A DNA stretch of 63,189 nt, counting the filler, from Octopus bimaculoides (Eukaryota), in assembly GCF_001194135.2 (NCBI RefSeq). It is 4 parts of 4 records of this genome, joined end to end, with 100 filler letters (N's around TTAATTAATTAA, not from the genome) between each part and the next. Parts side by side here need not be neighbours in the genome. Positions count along the whole stretch, not along the records: positions 1 to 31,512 come from NC_068998.1; 3 more parts are not named here. One strand, 5' to 3'. The translations under genes were made by a program, and so were the position numbers. The notes beneath the pieces are model-generated. The model had not been told where the DNA came from. It saw nothing but the letters and a program-made list of their open reading frames with translations, and made no database searches. This document shows, piece by piece, positions 10,790 to 22,620 of the stretch. Position 1 is the first letter of the stretch, and every line of letters starts with the position of its first letter.

Positions 10790-12412
10790 TCTTAATATAT
10801 AAAGCTGAAGTTGTGTGTCTGTGTGAAGCCTTTTTTAAAGTTTATAGAAATCCACATTTTCCACTTTTTCATAAAAATTTTTACATCAATGGAATTTTCT
10901 CGATGTGAACTTTCCAGTGCAGTAATTAGATTTTTTAAATTCCGTTTACTTTGTGTGATTTAAGGGAGATTTGGCTGTTGTTTCTAGCAACTTTTATATT
11001 TCTTCCCTTCTACCTGTACCAGTGTTGTTATAGGGAGTAAGAGTAAAAGAGGGAGAGGAAGAGAGAGAGAAAGTGATACATACAAAGTCATAGATTAACT
11101 TGGTTACATTTTACACTCTTACTTCTTCCTCTCTCTCATTTAATACCTTTCCTCTACTTCTAACATATTTTTCATAACATAGAAACGTAAAAACACACAC
11201 GACCACACATACGTGATCTGTGACAACAACATATACATAAACACATACACAATTCAACATTATAGATATAAGATTTAGTTTCTGTGTTTCTTATATAAAC
11301 ACGTACATGCATTGCTATTTTATAACTGTCTTTCGTTCTCTCTTTCTCTCTCTTCATTGCTACCATCACTATTCCTTTCTCCCCCCTCTCTCTCTCTTCC
11401 TCTCTCACAAAACATTCACTACAATATAACTCCTGTTCATCAATATTTGGTAAATATACCACGATTTTCATTAGGGTGTTAGGGTTTATGTATCACTATC
11501 TCTCTCTCTCTTTTACTCTTACTCTCTATATTATATGTTGAGCGCATAATTACTGCATTGGAAAGTTCACATCGAAAAAATTCCATTGATGTAAACATTT
11601 TAAAATTCCGTTTACTTTGTGTGATTTAAGGGAGATTTGGCTGTTGTTTCTAGCAATTTTTATATTTCTTCCGTTCTACCTGTACACACAATCATTGACA
11701 ACAATATAACTCATGTTCGTCAATGTTTGGTAAATATACCACGATTTTCACTAGGGGGTTAGGGTTTAAGGTTAGGATTAGGGTTAGGGTTACGGTTTTA
11801 GGGTTAGGGTTTGGATTTTAAGGTTAGGTTTTAGGGTTAGGTTTGGGTAATCGTGCAGGTGTTAATCTGAAAAATTACAGAAATGTGAAAATTACCGACC
11901 CTGCCATCTATTATAACTTTTGTTGTTCTGTTTAATATATACATAGATTATGCCTCCAAAAAAGAGAGTTTGCTGGGGAAAGAAAGCAACCAGTTTAAAT
12001 TGACAGCAACAGACTGCAGCAATTCACTACATTCCAGTAGCTACTTTGAACATAATGGAAAATGGTGCATCAACATCTTCTGCCTAATCTGATAGAATTC
12101 TGGCTAAACTGTGTACCAACAGATCGCCAGCAATTGCTTCATCAGAAATTGCCATCCTACCTCCAGCGATAAAATTTGTTTTGCACAAGCTTTTCTACAG
12201 CCAATTAGACGGATGAAATTTACGTACGCTTAATAATGTTACGCCTTCAGACTTTCCCTATTAATTTCATCGTCTTTTGAATTATGAACATATTTACATC
12301 ATAAGGGTTTTTTTGTTGTAAGGCTTTCTGTTTTAGTTGATTTGCACCAAGCAAGACTTATCGTAGATGGCGTAATAAGTCACACCCAGACAAGGTCGGG
12401 TTATACTGCTAG
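10790..12412 (+). mobile_element. Non-autonomous Helitron, 1623 bp
   Basis: A|TC 5' end; 3' hairpin ACCC(A)GAC-AAG-GTCGGGT (12384-12401) then CTAG|T. No TSD; removing it restores a sequence colinear with the upstream tandem copy. Confidence 0.9.
11750..11848 (+). repeat. Degenerate (TTAGGG)n array inside the Helitron
   Basis: About 14-15 units, several perfect TTAGGG, interspersed with variants such as TTAAGG, TTAGGA and TTACGG. Confidence 0.9.
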
Positions 12413-13539
12413 TAAAAGTATATACCTCAAACAAGATCTAGTGCTACCATCTGTAGCCAACGGTTATCTTGTGCTGATGAATATATATATATATATATAT
12501 ATTGGAAAAAATAATAAGGTACTCAGATATCTGGATGGTTGTACATTTACAGATTTTTATTAATATGTCACATGTTTTATAAATATTAGCGCTTGTACTT
12601 ATTCTTGTAGGTTCTTCAAAATATGATTTCACTTCAGAGGATGTCTCNNNNNNNNNNNNNNNNNNNNNNNNNNNNNNNNNNNNNNNNNNNNNNNNNNNNN
12701 NNNNNNNNNNNNNNNNNNNNNNNNNNNNNNNNNNNNNNNNNNNNNNNGGAAAGGTGAAAGAAGAAAATTGTGTTTATAGCTGGTCAGTTCTTTCAATGAT
12801 AAGTTTATTCTTGGCCTTTAAAAATGGCAAAACCAGATGGCATTGTTTGGAAGAAAGTTGTTTTTCAAAGAGTTGGCATTATTGTCCAGTGGGAGAGAGT
12901 GTGGGTGTGCTTTTGTGAGTGTGTGCCTGTGTATCTGAAAGGAGTGTCAATGGAAAAGAGAAGGAAAGAAAGAAGGAAGAAAGGAAGAAGGAATTGTGTT
13001 TACATCTATACAGCTGGTTAGTTAAAAAAAGGTAGGAGACAAATATGAAAACCAAGTTAATTGGGTTCAATTCTAGTTGGCACAAAAATGTCCCACTATC
13101 TGGGTTTCTTGCTGTTTTTAGGCTCTGTTGTTCCAAAGTTGAATAACAATTCAGAACAATGAAATATTGTGATGAATCAATGAGTGAGGTATCTATATAT
13201 TGGTAAGTTCATTTTGTCATAGGCATGGATCAAAAATAAATATAAAATATAGCATTTCTGTAGTCATTTACCAATATGAATTGGCAAATTGTTTTAGATA
13301 CTGAAATAACAAGTTCCAAAATAGCTTTGGATTCACATTTAGGATCAAATCCGTTATGGAAAAAATACAAATAAATATAATTACAAAGATAGTCAAGTAT
13401 GTGAAAGGATGAAAATTGTTGGTGAAATATAAAAAAACTTACAGTTTACTTCACAAATTTGGTCCTTCATCCAGTACAAATCATTACAGAAATAGTGATA
13501 TTTCACCAGTCATGGCTATATACATATATACACATACAA

Positions 13540-13924
13540 GTTTAGAATGAGGTCATATGTAACCTTGGTTACATATGTATTGGTAGTGTGTCTGTTTATT
13601 TGACTCTCAGTCTTTTTCCTTCCTTTCTTTCTGTCTTTTTTCTTGGATCGTTCGTAAACGTTCATAAGAGAAAGTGGCAGTTGAGATGATTTGTAATGGT
13701 AACAGAAAGAGGGAATTAGATTGTATTGGAGGGGAAAATGGTCATGTATGTAGTTTGATCGATTTATTTCGAAACTGGTACACATTTTGACCGAAGGAAT
13801 GACCGTATGACCTACGTTATGGTATTTACAATATTAATTCCGATTTTTTCATCCACAAAATTTGGAATTGTGTGACTGAATAAATTTTAAACATGCATAC
13901 ACAGAGAAAATCTGCCTTTTATAG

Positions 13925-13925
<1 letters not shown>
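13540..13925 (-). mobile_element. Probable non-autonomous Helitron
   Basis: Minus-strand 5' end A|TCTATAAAAGGCAGATTTT resembles 31445 and 10790. Perfect 11-bp hairpin at 13554-13577; no clean CTAG, so the 3' boundary is approximate. Confidence 0.5.
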
Positions 13926-13964
<39 letters not shown>

Positions 13965-14110
13965 TATATATATATATATACATACATTTATATATACATA
14001 TATATAAATATACATGCATTTATATACACATATATAAATATACATACATTCATATTTACATATATATAAATATACATATATTCACATATGCATATATATA
14101 AATATACATA

Positions 14111-14508
14111 GGTGCAGGAGTGGCTGTGTGATAAGTAGCTTGCTTACCAACCACATGGTTCTGGGTTCATTCCCACTGCGTGGCACCTTGGGTAAGTGTC
14201 TTCTACTATAGCCTCGGGCCGACCAAAGCCTTGTGAGTGGATTTGGTAGATGGAAACTGAAAGAAGCCTGTTGTGTATATATATATATATATATGTATGT
14301 GTGTTTGTGTGTCTGTGTTTGTCCCCCCAACATTGCTTGACAACCGATGCTGGTGTGTTTAGGTCCTTAGTGGTTCGGCAAAAGAGACCGATAGAATAAG
14401 TACCAGGCATCCAAAGAATAAGTCCTGGGGTCCATTTGCTTGAATAAAGGCGGTGCTTCAGCATGGCCGCAGTCAAATGACTGAAACAAGTAAAATAGTA
14501 AAAAGAGT
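14111..14508 (+). mobile_element. Full-length tRNA-derived SINE (family 1)
   Basis: Head with A/B-box-like motifs (TGGCTGTGTGATAAG; GGGTTCATTCCC), CORE-like CCTTGGGTAAGTGTCTT, internal microsatellite, tail ...TGACTGAAACAAGTAAAATAG. Confidence 0.9.
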
Positions 14509-14575
14509 ATACATTCATACATACATATATCTAAATATATATACATATATAGAAATAGATATACATATATATATA

Positions 14576-16990
14576 CATCATCATCGTCGTTTAATGTCCG
14601 CTTTCCATGCTAGCATGGGTTGGACGATTTGACTGAGGACTGGCACCCAGCAAGCTGCACCAGACTCCAATCTGATCTGGTAGNNNNNNNNNNCTGAGGA
14701 CTGGCACCCAGCAAGCTGCACCAGACTCCAATCTGATCTGGTAGAGTTTCTACACCAACCACTCAGAGAGTGTAGTCGGTGTTTTCACGTGCTACCGGCA
14801 CGAGGGCCAGTCACAAGGTACTGGCAACGGCCACGCTCAGAAAGGTGTTTTTTACGTGCCACATGCATGGGAGCCAGTACAGCAGTACTGGCAACGACCT
14901 CGCTCAAATGATTTTCTAACGTGCCACCAGCACAAGTGCTAGAAGGCGACGCTGGTAACAGTTCTGCTCAAATGGTGCTATTTACGGGCCACTAACATGG
15001 AAGCCAGACAGCTGCTCTGGTAATGAACATGCTCGGACAGTGCTGTAGGAGAGGTTGGCATGGGTGCCAGTTGTCGGATTTGATTCTATTACCATTTCAG
15101 ATTTCAAATTGCAAATTCACTTGCCTCAACAGGTCTTCGCAGAGTTTTTAGTGTCCAAAGAAGTAAAGATACAAATAAGTGAGCTGGCTACACTTCTGGC
15201 AGAGAGCACAGATTAAGCTCTCACTTGCGTTGCCGAGTCTCCTCATGTACTGCATATTTCCAAAGGTCCCGGTCACTGGTCATTGCCTCGGTGAGGCCTA
15301 AATTTAGAAGGCCGTGCTTCACCACCTCATCCCAGGTCTTTCTGGGTCTACCTCTTCCACAAGGTACCCTCAACTGCTAGGGTGTGGCACTTTTTCACAC
15401 AGCTACCCTCATCCATTCTTGCCACATGTTCATACCAGTGCAATCGTCTCTCCTACACACCACTAACTTTTCTCTCAAGGTACTTACACTCTGTCGAGTA
15501 TGCACACTGACATTACACATCCATCAGAGCATACTGGCTTCATTCCTTGCGAGCTCATGCATGTCCTCAGCAGTCACGGCCCATATTTCACTGGCATGTA
15601 GCATGGCTGTTCGTACACATGCATCATACAGTCTGCCTTTTACTCTGAGTGAGAAGCCCTTTGTCACCAGCAGAGGTAAGAGTTCTCTAAACTTTGCCCA
15701 AGGTATTCTTATTCTAGCAGCTACACTTTCAGTGCAACCTCCCCCGCTACAAACTGTCACTTAGGTAGCGGAAGCTATCAACTACTTCTAGTTTTTCTCC
15801 CTGGTGTGTGGCAAAGGTTGTTTTCTGCACATTTTCAGTGTTTATTGCTCCTGAGCATCTGCCACATACAAAAACTATCTTCCTAGGTAGCCTTCCTTTG
15901 ATATTGCTGCACCTCTTATGTGTCCATAGCTTACACTGGATACATCTTATAGAGTTTCTACCTACGCTTTTTCTACAGATCGAGCAGGGCCATCTATCTG
16001 AAGGGGTTTGTGTTTTGTCTACCTTCCTACTTATTAGGACTTTGGTTCTAGCTAGGTTGACTCTAAGGACCTTCGATTCTAGTCCTTGCTTCCACACCTG
16101 AAACTTCTCCTCTAGTTCTGATAGTGACTCAGCAATTAGGGCAAGGTCATCAGCATAGAGGAGCTCCCAGGGGGCACCCCGTCTTGAATTCCTGTGTTAT
16201 TGCCTGGAGGACTATGATAAATAGGAGGGGGCTGAGGACCGAACCTTGGTGGACCCCTACCTCAACCAGGAATTCTTCACTGTACTCGTTGCCAACCCAC
16301 ACCTTACTGACAGTGTCCCTGTACATGGCTTGCACAGACCTCATTAACCACTCATCTATCCCTAGTTTCCTCATTGATCACCAGATCGGGGGACCCTGTC
16401 AAAGGCTTTCTCCATGTCAACGAAAGACAGGTACAGAGGTTTATCTTTGGCTAGGTATTTCTCCTGCAGCTGTCTTACCAGAAATATAGCATCAGTGGTG
16501 CTTTTCCCTGGAACGAACCTGGAACTGCATCTCATCTAAACTGACTCTCTCCCTAATTTGTTGGGCTATGACCCTCTCGGTGACATTCATTACCTGGTGC
16601 AACAACTTGATACCTCTTAAATTGTTTGTGTCTAAAGCGTCACCTTTACCTTTGTAGCAGTTGACTATGGTGCTGCTACACCAGCCATTGGGTATGACTC
16701 CTTTGTGTATCACCTGATTAACTATACGGGCGACTAGGCTATAGCCGACACTGCCAGATATTTTGAGCATCTCTGCAGTGATTCCTGATGGGCCCGAGGC
16801 TTTCCCTGTCTTCATACTCTTGAACGCTTTATCTACCAAAGTATTGTCAATTAGGATAGCTGGTCCCTCTGTTGGGTCGACATACGGCAGGCTCTCTTTC
16901 TCCCATTCATTCTCTTTATTAAGCAGCCTTTCATAGTGGGGTCTCCAAACTTCTCTCTTTGCAGCCTCGTTTAGTGCAAGTGAGCCATCA
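14576..16990 (-). mobile_element. RTE LINE copy A (RT to 3' end; 5' part lost at gap)
   Basis: YADD at 16146-16157, GVHQGSVLSP, PHD-like Cys/His cluster, 3' UTR tandem units and (GAT)n tail; frameshifted. Confidence 0.9.
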
Positions 16991-17529
16991 NNNNNNNNNN
17001 NNNNNNNNNNNNNNNNNNNNNNNNNNNNNNNNNNNNNNNNNNNNNNNNNNNNNNNNNNNNNNNNNNNNNNNNNNNNNNNNNNNNNNNNNNGTGTGTGTGT
17101 GTACATATATACATATAAATATATATATGTACATGTTTCGTACCATTCACTAAAATAATTTCTTTCCGGTCTGTATCTTTCTTATTTCTTGTTGCAATGG
17201 CTACTCCCTGCTATTTCTCTTACTAGCTTCAAAGTCTGCCATCTTCACTCATTTAGGTCTGTTGCCTCCACACCTATTCTTCCCACTATCTTTCAGACTT
17301 TCATTAGTTTATTCCATGTGTTTAGCCGTTTGATGACACTTGGAAAAGAATTTCTCTTGTTTTTTTATCACCTCATTCATTCAAACCCATCTATTCTCTA
17401 AAATAAATCTTTCTTGATTGTTTTGCCCCTAAAATGACTAACCTTGTTTCTTGGCTACATATTTATACATATTTCGTACTTTTCTCCAAGATAATTCTTT
17501 CTTGTTTGTTCTACTCCTTAAAATGACTT

Positions 17530-20500
17530 ATGCTTACACCCACAGTGCTCATAATGCTTACATTAACACTTATAGTTACAACGCCCCACACACTTTCACA
17601 CACAATGCTTCCTTACACCCAGCCTCCAGTACAGGCAACAACCTTAACAATTCTAACATGTTCGAATGACAGTCAGTTAAAAGTAAGAACAACTATTATG
17701 GAGTCTGTTACCAAACTATCACGAGAACCTTCTTTTCAGGTGCTGAATAACATCTCTCCTTCTTGTGTTACCTCCCATATCTCTTTCCCAGTTTTCAAAG
17801 TCAGTACTGTAAATGTAGGCACATTGACAGGCAGGTCTAGCAAGATTGTAGAGATGCTCGAACGGAGATATGTTGATGTATGTTGCGTACAGGAGGTAAG
17901 GTGGAGAGGAGCTTCAGCCAGAGTTCCCACAGGCAAAGCACATGGGTATAAACTCTTCAGGGAAGGTATAGTGATGGAATAGGGGGTGTGGGTTAGGGTG
18001 CAGAGAAATGGGTGGATAAGGTCAAAGAGGTAGTGAGGGTGTGTGATAGAGTACTTAAACTCAGGCTAGTATTGCAGAATGGTATAGCTATAATTATCTC
18101 TGCCTATGCCCCACAAGTGGGCCTACCAAATGAACAGAAGGATCACTTTTATGATATTCTTCTGCAGGCTACTGCAATGATAAGTGACAATGTTCTCATC
18201 TTTGTGGCTGGAGATTTTAATGGGCATATCGGACAGCAACCTGGTATCTTCCATGGTGTACATGGGGGCCATGGATTTGGTACCAGAAATAAAGAAGGAA
18301 GTAGGCTCCTGGAATTCTGCGATGCAAATAACCTACTGATCTGCAATGCCAACATCAGGAAGCCAGCTGGCCACCTGATAACCTATCAACTAGGTGAATC
18401 TGCTAGCCAGATTGATTTCATTCTCATCAGATAGCAGGATGCATAGTTGCTCTTAAATACAAAGACCCTCCCTGGTTAAGAATGTACCCCAGCATAGACT
18501 AATTATTAATGACTTTAGACTCTAAGCCACAAGGATGCGAAAAAGCAAACCAATCTGGAAAAGAAGGACTTGGTAGCTTAAGAACCTTTCACATGGTCAG
18601 AGATTTAGGGATATCCTAACCAAGAAATTTGATGATAGGGAGGAGAAGCTACAGTCCTGTGACATAGAAGGCAACTGAGAATTCCTGCGAGAGAACTTGC
18701 TGAGTGCCACAGATCAAATCTGTGGCTGGTGCAAAGTCCTTTCAGAAATAGGGTAACATGGTGGTGGAACAATACTGTAGACAGGGCCATTAGAGCAAAG
18801 AAACAGCCTTGGAGGGCCTAGAAGAGTGAGGGTAGCAGGAGAATGTATCACATAGCCATAAGGGAAGCTAGGATACAGGTACATAGAGCCAAGGGGGTAG
18901 CAGAAAAGAAGTTTGCCAATGTTCAGTGACAAGAGGACCAAAGAACTGAAGTATTTCAGAGTGCAAGACAATGTGTGAAAAGAAAACTGTGATGTCATAG
19001 GAGAGAAAGAGGCTTGGAGATGCCATTATGAAAGATTATTGAATGTGGAGAATGAATGGGAGGAACAGAGTCTGCCAAATGTTGACCCAACTGAGGGACC
19101 AGCTACCCAAATTGTCAGTACCCTAGTGGATAAAGCAATTAAGGATATGAAAACAGGGAAAGAACCTGGACCATCAGGAATCACTGCTGAAATGCTTAAA
19201 ATAATGGGCAGTGTGTGTTATGGTCTTGTAAACCACATTGTAAATCAGGTAGTTCATGAAAGAGTCATACCAATAACTGGTGTAGCAGCACCATAGTCAA
19301 CTGCTACAAGGGTAAAGATGATGTTTTAGATAGAAATAACTACAGGGGTATCAAATTACTGGATCAGGTAATGAAAGTTGCAGAGATGGTCATAGCCCAA
19401 CTAATTAGGGAGAGTGTTAGTCTAGATGAGATGCAGTTTGGTTTTGTGCCAGGCAGAAGCATCACTGATGCTATATTTCAGGTGAGGCAACTGCAGAAGA
19501 ATATCTAGCCAAAGATAAACCTCTGTACTTGGCTTTTGTTCACTTGGAGAAAGCCTTTGACAGGGTCCCTCGATCTCTTATCTGGTGGCAAATGTGGATA
19601 CTAGGGATAGATGAGTGGTTAGTGAGCACTGTACAAGCCATGTACAGGGATGCTGTCAGTAAGGTGAGGGTGGAAATGAGTATAGTGAAGAATTTCGGGT
19701 AGTGGAAGGGGTCCATCAAGGATCAGTTCTCAGCACCCTCTTATTCATCACAGTCCTCCAGGCAATTCAATATAGGCTGCCCCTGGGAGCTCCTCTATGC
19801 TGATGACCTTGCTCTAATAGCCAAGTCACTGCCAAAACTAGAGAAGAAGTGTAGGGTGTGGAAGCAAGGTCTAGAATCAAAGGGCCTTCGGGTTAACCTA
19901 ACAAAAACCAAAGTCTTAGTAAGTAGGAAGGCTGTCAAATCACAAACCTCTCCAGGTAGATGGCCCTGCTCAATCTGTAGAAAAGGCGTGGGTAGAAACT
20001 CCATACGATGTAGCCAGTGTAAGCTATGGACACATAAAAAGTGCAGCAATATCAAACGCAGGTTAACCGGGAAGATAGTTTTTGTGTGTGGCAGATGCAC
20101 AGGGGCAATAAGATGTACAGACAACAGATTCCACCCCCATGCCAGGAGGAGAAACTAGAAGTAGTTAATAGCTTCCGCTACCTAGGTGACCAAGTCTGTA
20201 GTGGGGGTGGTTGCTCTTAGTGTGTAGCAGCTAGAATAAGAATAGCCTGGGCAAAGTTCAGAGAGCTCCTACATCTGCTGGCAACTAAGGGCCTCTCACT
20301 CAGGATGAAAGGTAGATTGTCTGATGCATGCCTGCGAACTGCCATGTTACACGGCAGTGAAACATGGGCCATGACTGTTGAGGACATGCATAAGCTTGAA
20401 AGAAATGAAGCTAGTATGATCCACTGGATGTGTACTGTCAGTGTGCATACACGACAGAGTGTAAACGCTCTGAGAGAAAAGTTGGGCATAAAAAGCATCA

Positions 20501-21330
20501 GATGTAGTGTGCAAGAGAGACAACTGCGCTGGTATGGTCATGTGTTGCGTATGGATGAGGACAGCTGTGTAAGGAAGTGTCACTTCCTAACTCTGGAAGG
20601 AACCTGTAGAATAGGTAGACCCAGGAAGATATGGGATGAGGTGGTGAAGCATGACCTTCATACACTGGGCCTCACAGAGGCAATGACAGGAGACCAAGAC
20701 CTTCGGAGATATGCTGTGATTGAGAAGACTCCGGTAGAAAAGGGAGATTGCAGCCATGCATGTTTGGCCCAGTTAAGAGTACCACTGATGCTTTGTGCGA
20801 TATGATATGCTTGAGAAGACCTGTTGAGTCAAGTAAAACCAATATCGTAGCTGTGGCCAGTGGACCCTGACTGGTTCCTGTGCTGGTGGCACATAACAAG
20901 CAGCATCCGAATGTGGCCGATGCCAGTACCCTCTGACTGGCTCCCATGCTGGAGGCATGTAAAAAGTGCCATCCAAACGTGGCGCATGCCAGTACCACAT
21001 GACTGGCTCCTGTGCCGGTGGCATGTAAAAAGCACCATCAGAACATGGCCGATGCCAGTACTCACTGACCCCCTCCCTGCTGCTGGTGGCACGTAAAAAG
21101 CACTATCAAAATGTGATCAATGCCAGACCCGCCTGACTGGTTCCTGTGCCAGTGGCACGTAAAAAGCACCTACTACACTCTCGGAGTGGTTGGCGTTAGG
21201 AAGAGCATTCAGTTGTTGAAACATTGCCAGATCAGATTGGAACCTGTTGCAGTTGCTGGCTCTCCAGACCTCAGTCAAACCGTCAAACCCATGCCAGCAT
21301 AGAAAATGGACGTTAAATGATGATGATGAT
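17530..21330 (+). mobile_element. Near full-length RTE LINE copy B (APE + RT + PHD + C-terminus), disrupted
   Basis: APE motifs (TVNVGTL, VQEVRW, SAYAPQ, GDFNGH, SQIDFIL), RT YADD at 19796-19807, 3' UTR minisatellite, tail TTAAA(TGA)n; many stops and frameshifts. Confidence 0.92.
20852..21170 (+). repeat. Five ~66-nt tandem units in the RTE 3' UTR
   Basis: Units start at about 20852, 20912, 20978, 21044 and 21112. Consensus TGTGGCCGATGCCAGTACC-N5-ACTGGCTCCTGTGCCGGTGGCACGTAAAAAGCACCATC. Confidence 0.9.
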
Positions 21331-21401
<71 letters not shown>

Positions 21402-21604
21402 CACATAGTAAGTTTATCTTAACCTTTTTTATGCGACTCTATACTGTTTTGTCCCTATCCTTCTCTAATTCTCTTTTTTCTCCCCTTCACCGTTGTCTAT
21501 CTGTCTCTCTCTCTCTCTCTCTCCCCTCTTTCTTTTCTCTCTCTCGATGCTCACATGTGACCATTGTCCATCTTTCTTTTCCTGCATGACTTTCTAAGGA
21601 CTGG

Positions 21605-22015
21605 ACGTCTTCTATTTATTTCTCTCTTCTATATCTATCTCTGTCTTTTCAAAGAAAATATTTCTCCCAGAGTTCACGATTTTCCTCTCATTCTGGTCTA
21701 ACGACCCTCCATGTTTGTTTTCATTCAGTTTCCTTGTATGTCGCCACTGTCCTGTTTTTGTTCCCAACTTTGACCTTCCATAAATCCAAAATTTTATTTT
21801 GGTATTTAGGGGAGCAACTGTCTTCAAAGACTCATATTGTCGTTGAATGGTCGAAAAGAGGAGTAGATAGACAGCTGACAACTGATGAAGGGTTGTTCTC
21901 CATGTTACTTGTCCTGCTTTCCATTTCTTCTCTCTTGTTGTTTGCATATTTAACTCGTTCATTTTCATACTTCATATTTACGCAGTTGGTGATGTCCTGT
22001 ACCCATATATGCATA
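21605..22015 (+). mobile_element. Unclassified interspersed repeat next to (TA)n; second copy at 55110-55300 (opposite strand)
   Basis: Both copies share GTGATGTCCTGTACCCATATATG and TCGAAA..GGAGTAG...GACAACTGA(T/A)GA. Confidence 0.6.
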
Positions 22016-22029
22016 TATATATATTAGTC

Positions 22030-22620
22030 CCCACTTGACCTAAGGTAACATGGTGGTGCAACAATGTAGTTGACAGGGCCATTAGGGAAAAGAAACAAGC
22101 ATGGAAGGACTGGAAGAACGGTGGTAACGGAGAGTTGTATCAGATTGCCAGAAGGGAAGCTAGGAGACAGGTTTACTTAGCCAGAGGGGAAGCAGATAAG
22201 AAAAAATTTGCCAATGTTCTGCGTCATGAGGACCAAAGACTTGAAATGTTTTGTGATGCAAGACTGAGTGGGAGAAAGAATAGTGCTGTCATAGGAGAAA
22301 AATGGGTCCACATGGATGATGGCTCACTTGCATTTAATGAGGCTGCAAATAGAGAGACTTGGAGACACCACTATGAAAGGTTGCTAAATGAAGAGAATGA
22401 ATGTGAGTCTGCCAAATGTCGACTCAACAGAGGGACCAGCTATCCAAATTGACAGTACCTTGGTAGATAAAGCAATTAAGGGTATGAAGACAGGGAAAGC
22501 CCCCGGCCCATCAGGAATCACCGTAGAGATGCTTAAAATATCTGGCAGCGTTGGCTATAGTCCTAGTCACCCACATAGTCATTCAGGTGATACATGAAAG
22601 AGTCATACCCAATAAGTGGT
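22030..22620 (+). mobile_element. RTE LINE fragment C (linker and RT start)
   Basis: Aligns to 18750-19280 of copy B (YQIARREARRQV...TEGPAIQIDSTLVDKAIKGMKTGKAPGPSGI). Confidence 0.85.

Noticed and set aside
11750-11848. Ancestral chromosome-fusion or telomere-healing site
   Set aside because: Single orientation, embedded in a Helitron, and host sequence is colinear on both sides.
14634-14744. Exact ~50-bp duplication around a 10-N gap (similar at 45706-45800)
   Set aside because: Typical unmerged contig overlap, so an assembly artefact.
17400-17560. HDV-like ribozyme at the RTE 5' end
   Set aside because: Region is AT-rich with no nested pseudoknot pairing visible; the true 5' end may be missing.
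20852-21170. CRISPR-like periodic array
   Set aside because: Whole units are homologous with no unique spacers, no cas genes, and it sits in a eukaryotic LINE 3' UTR.
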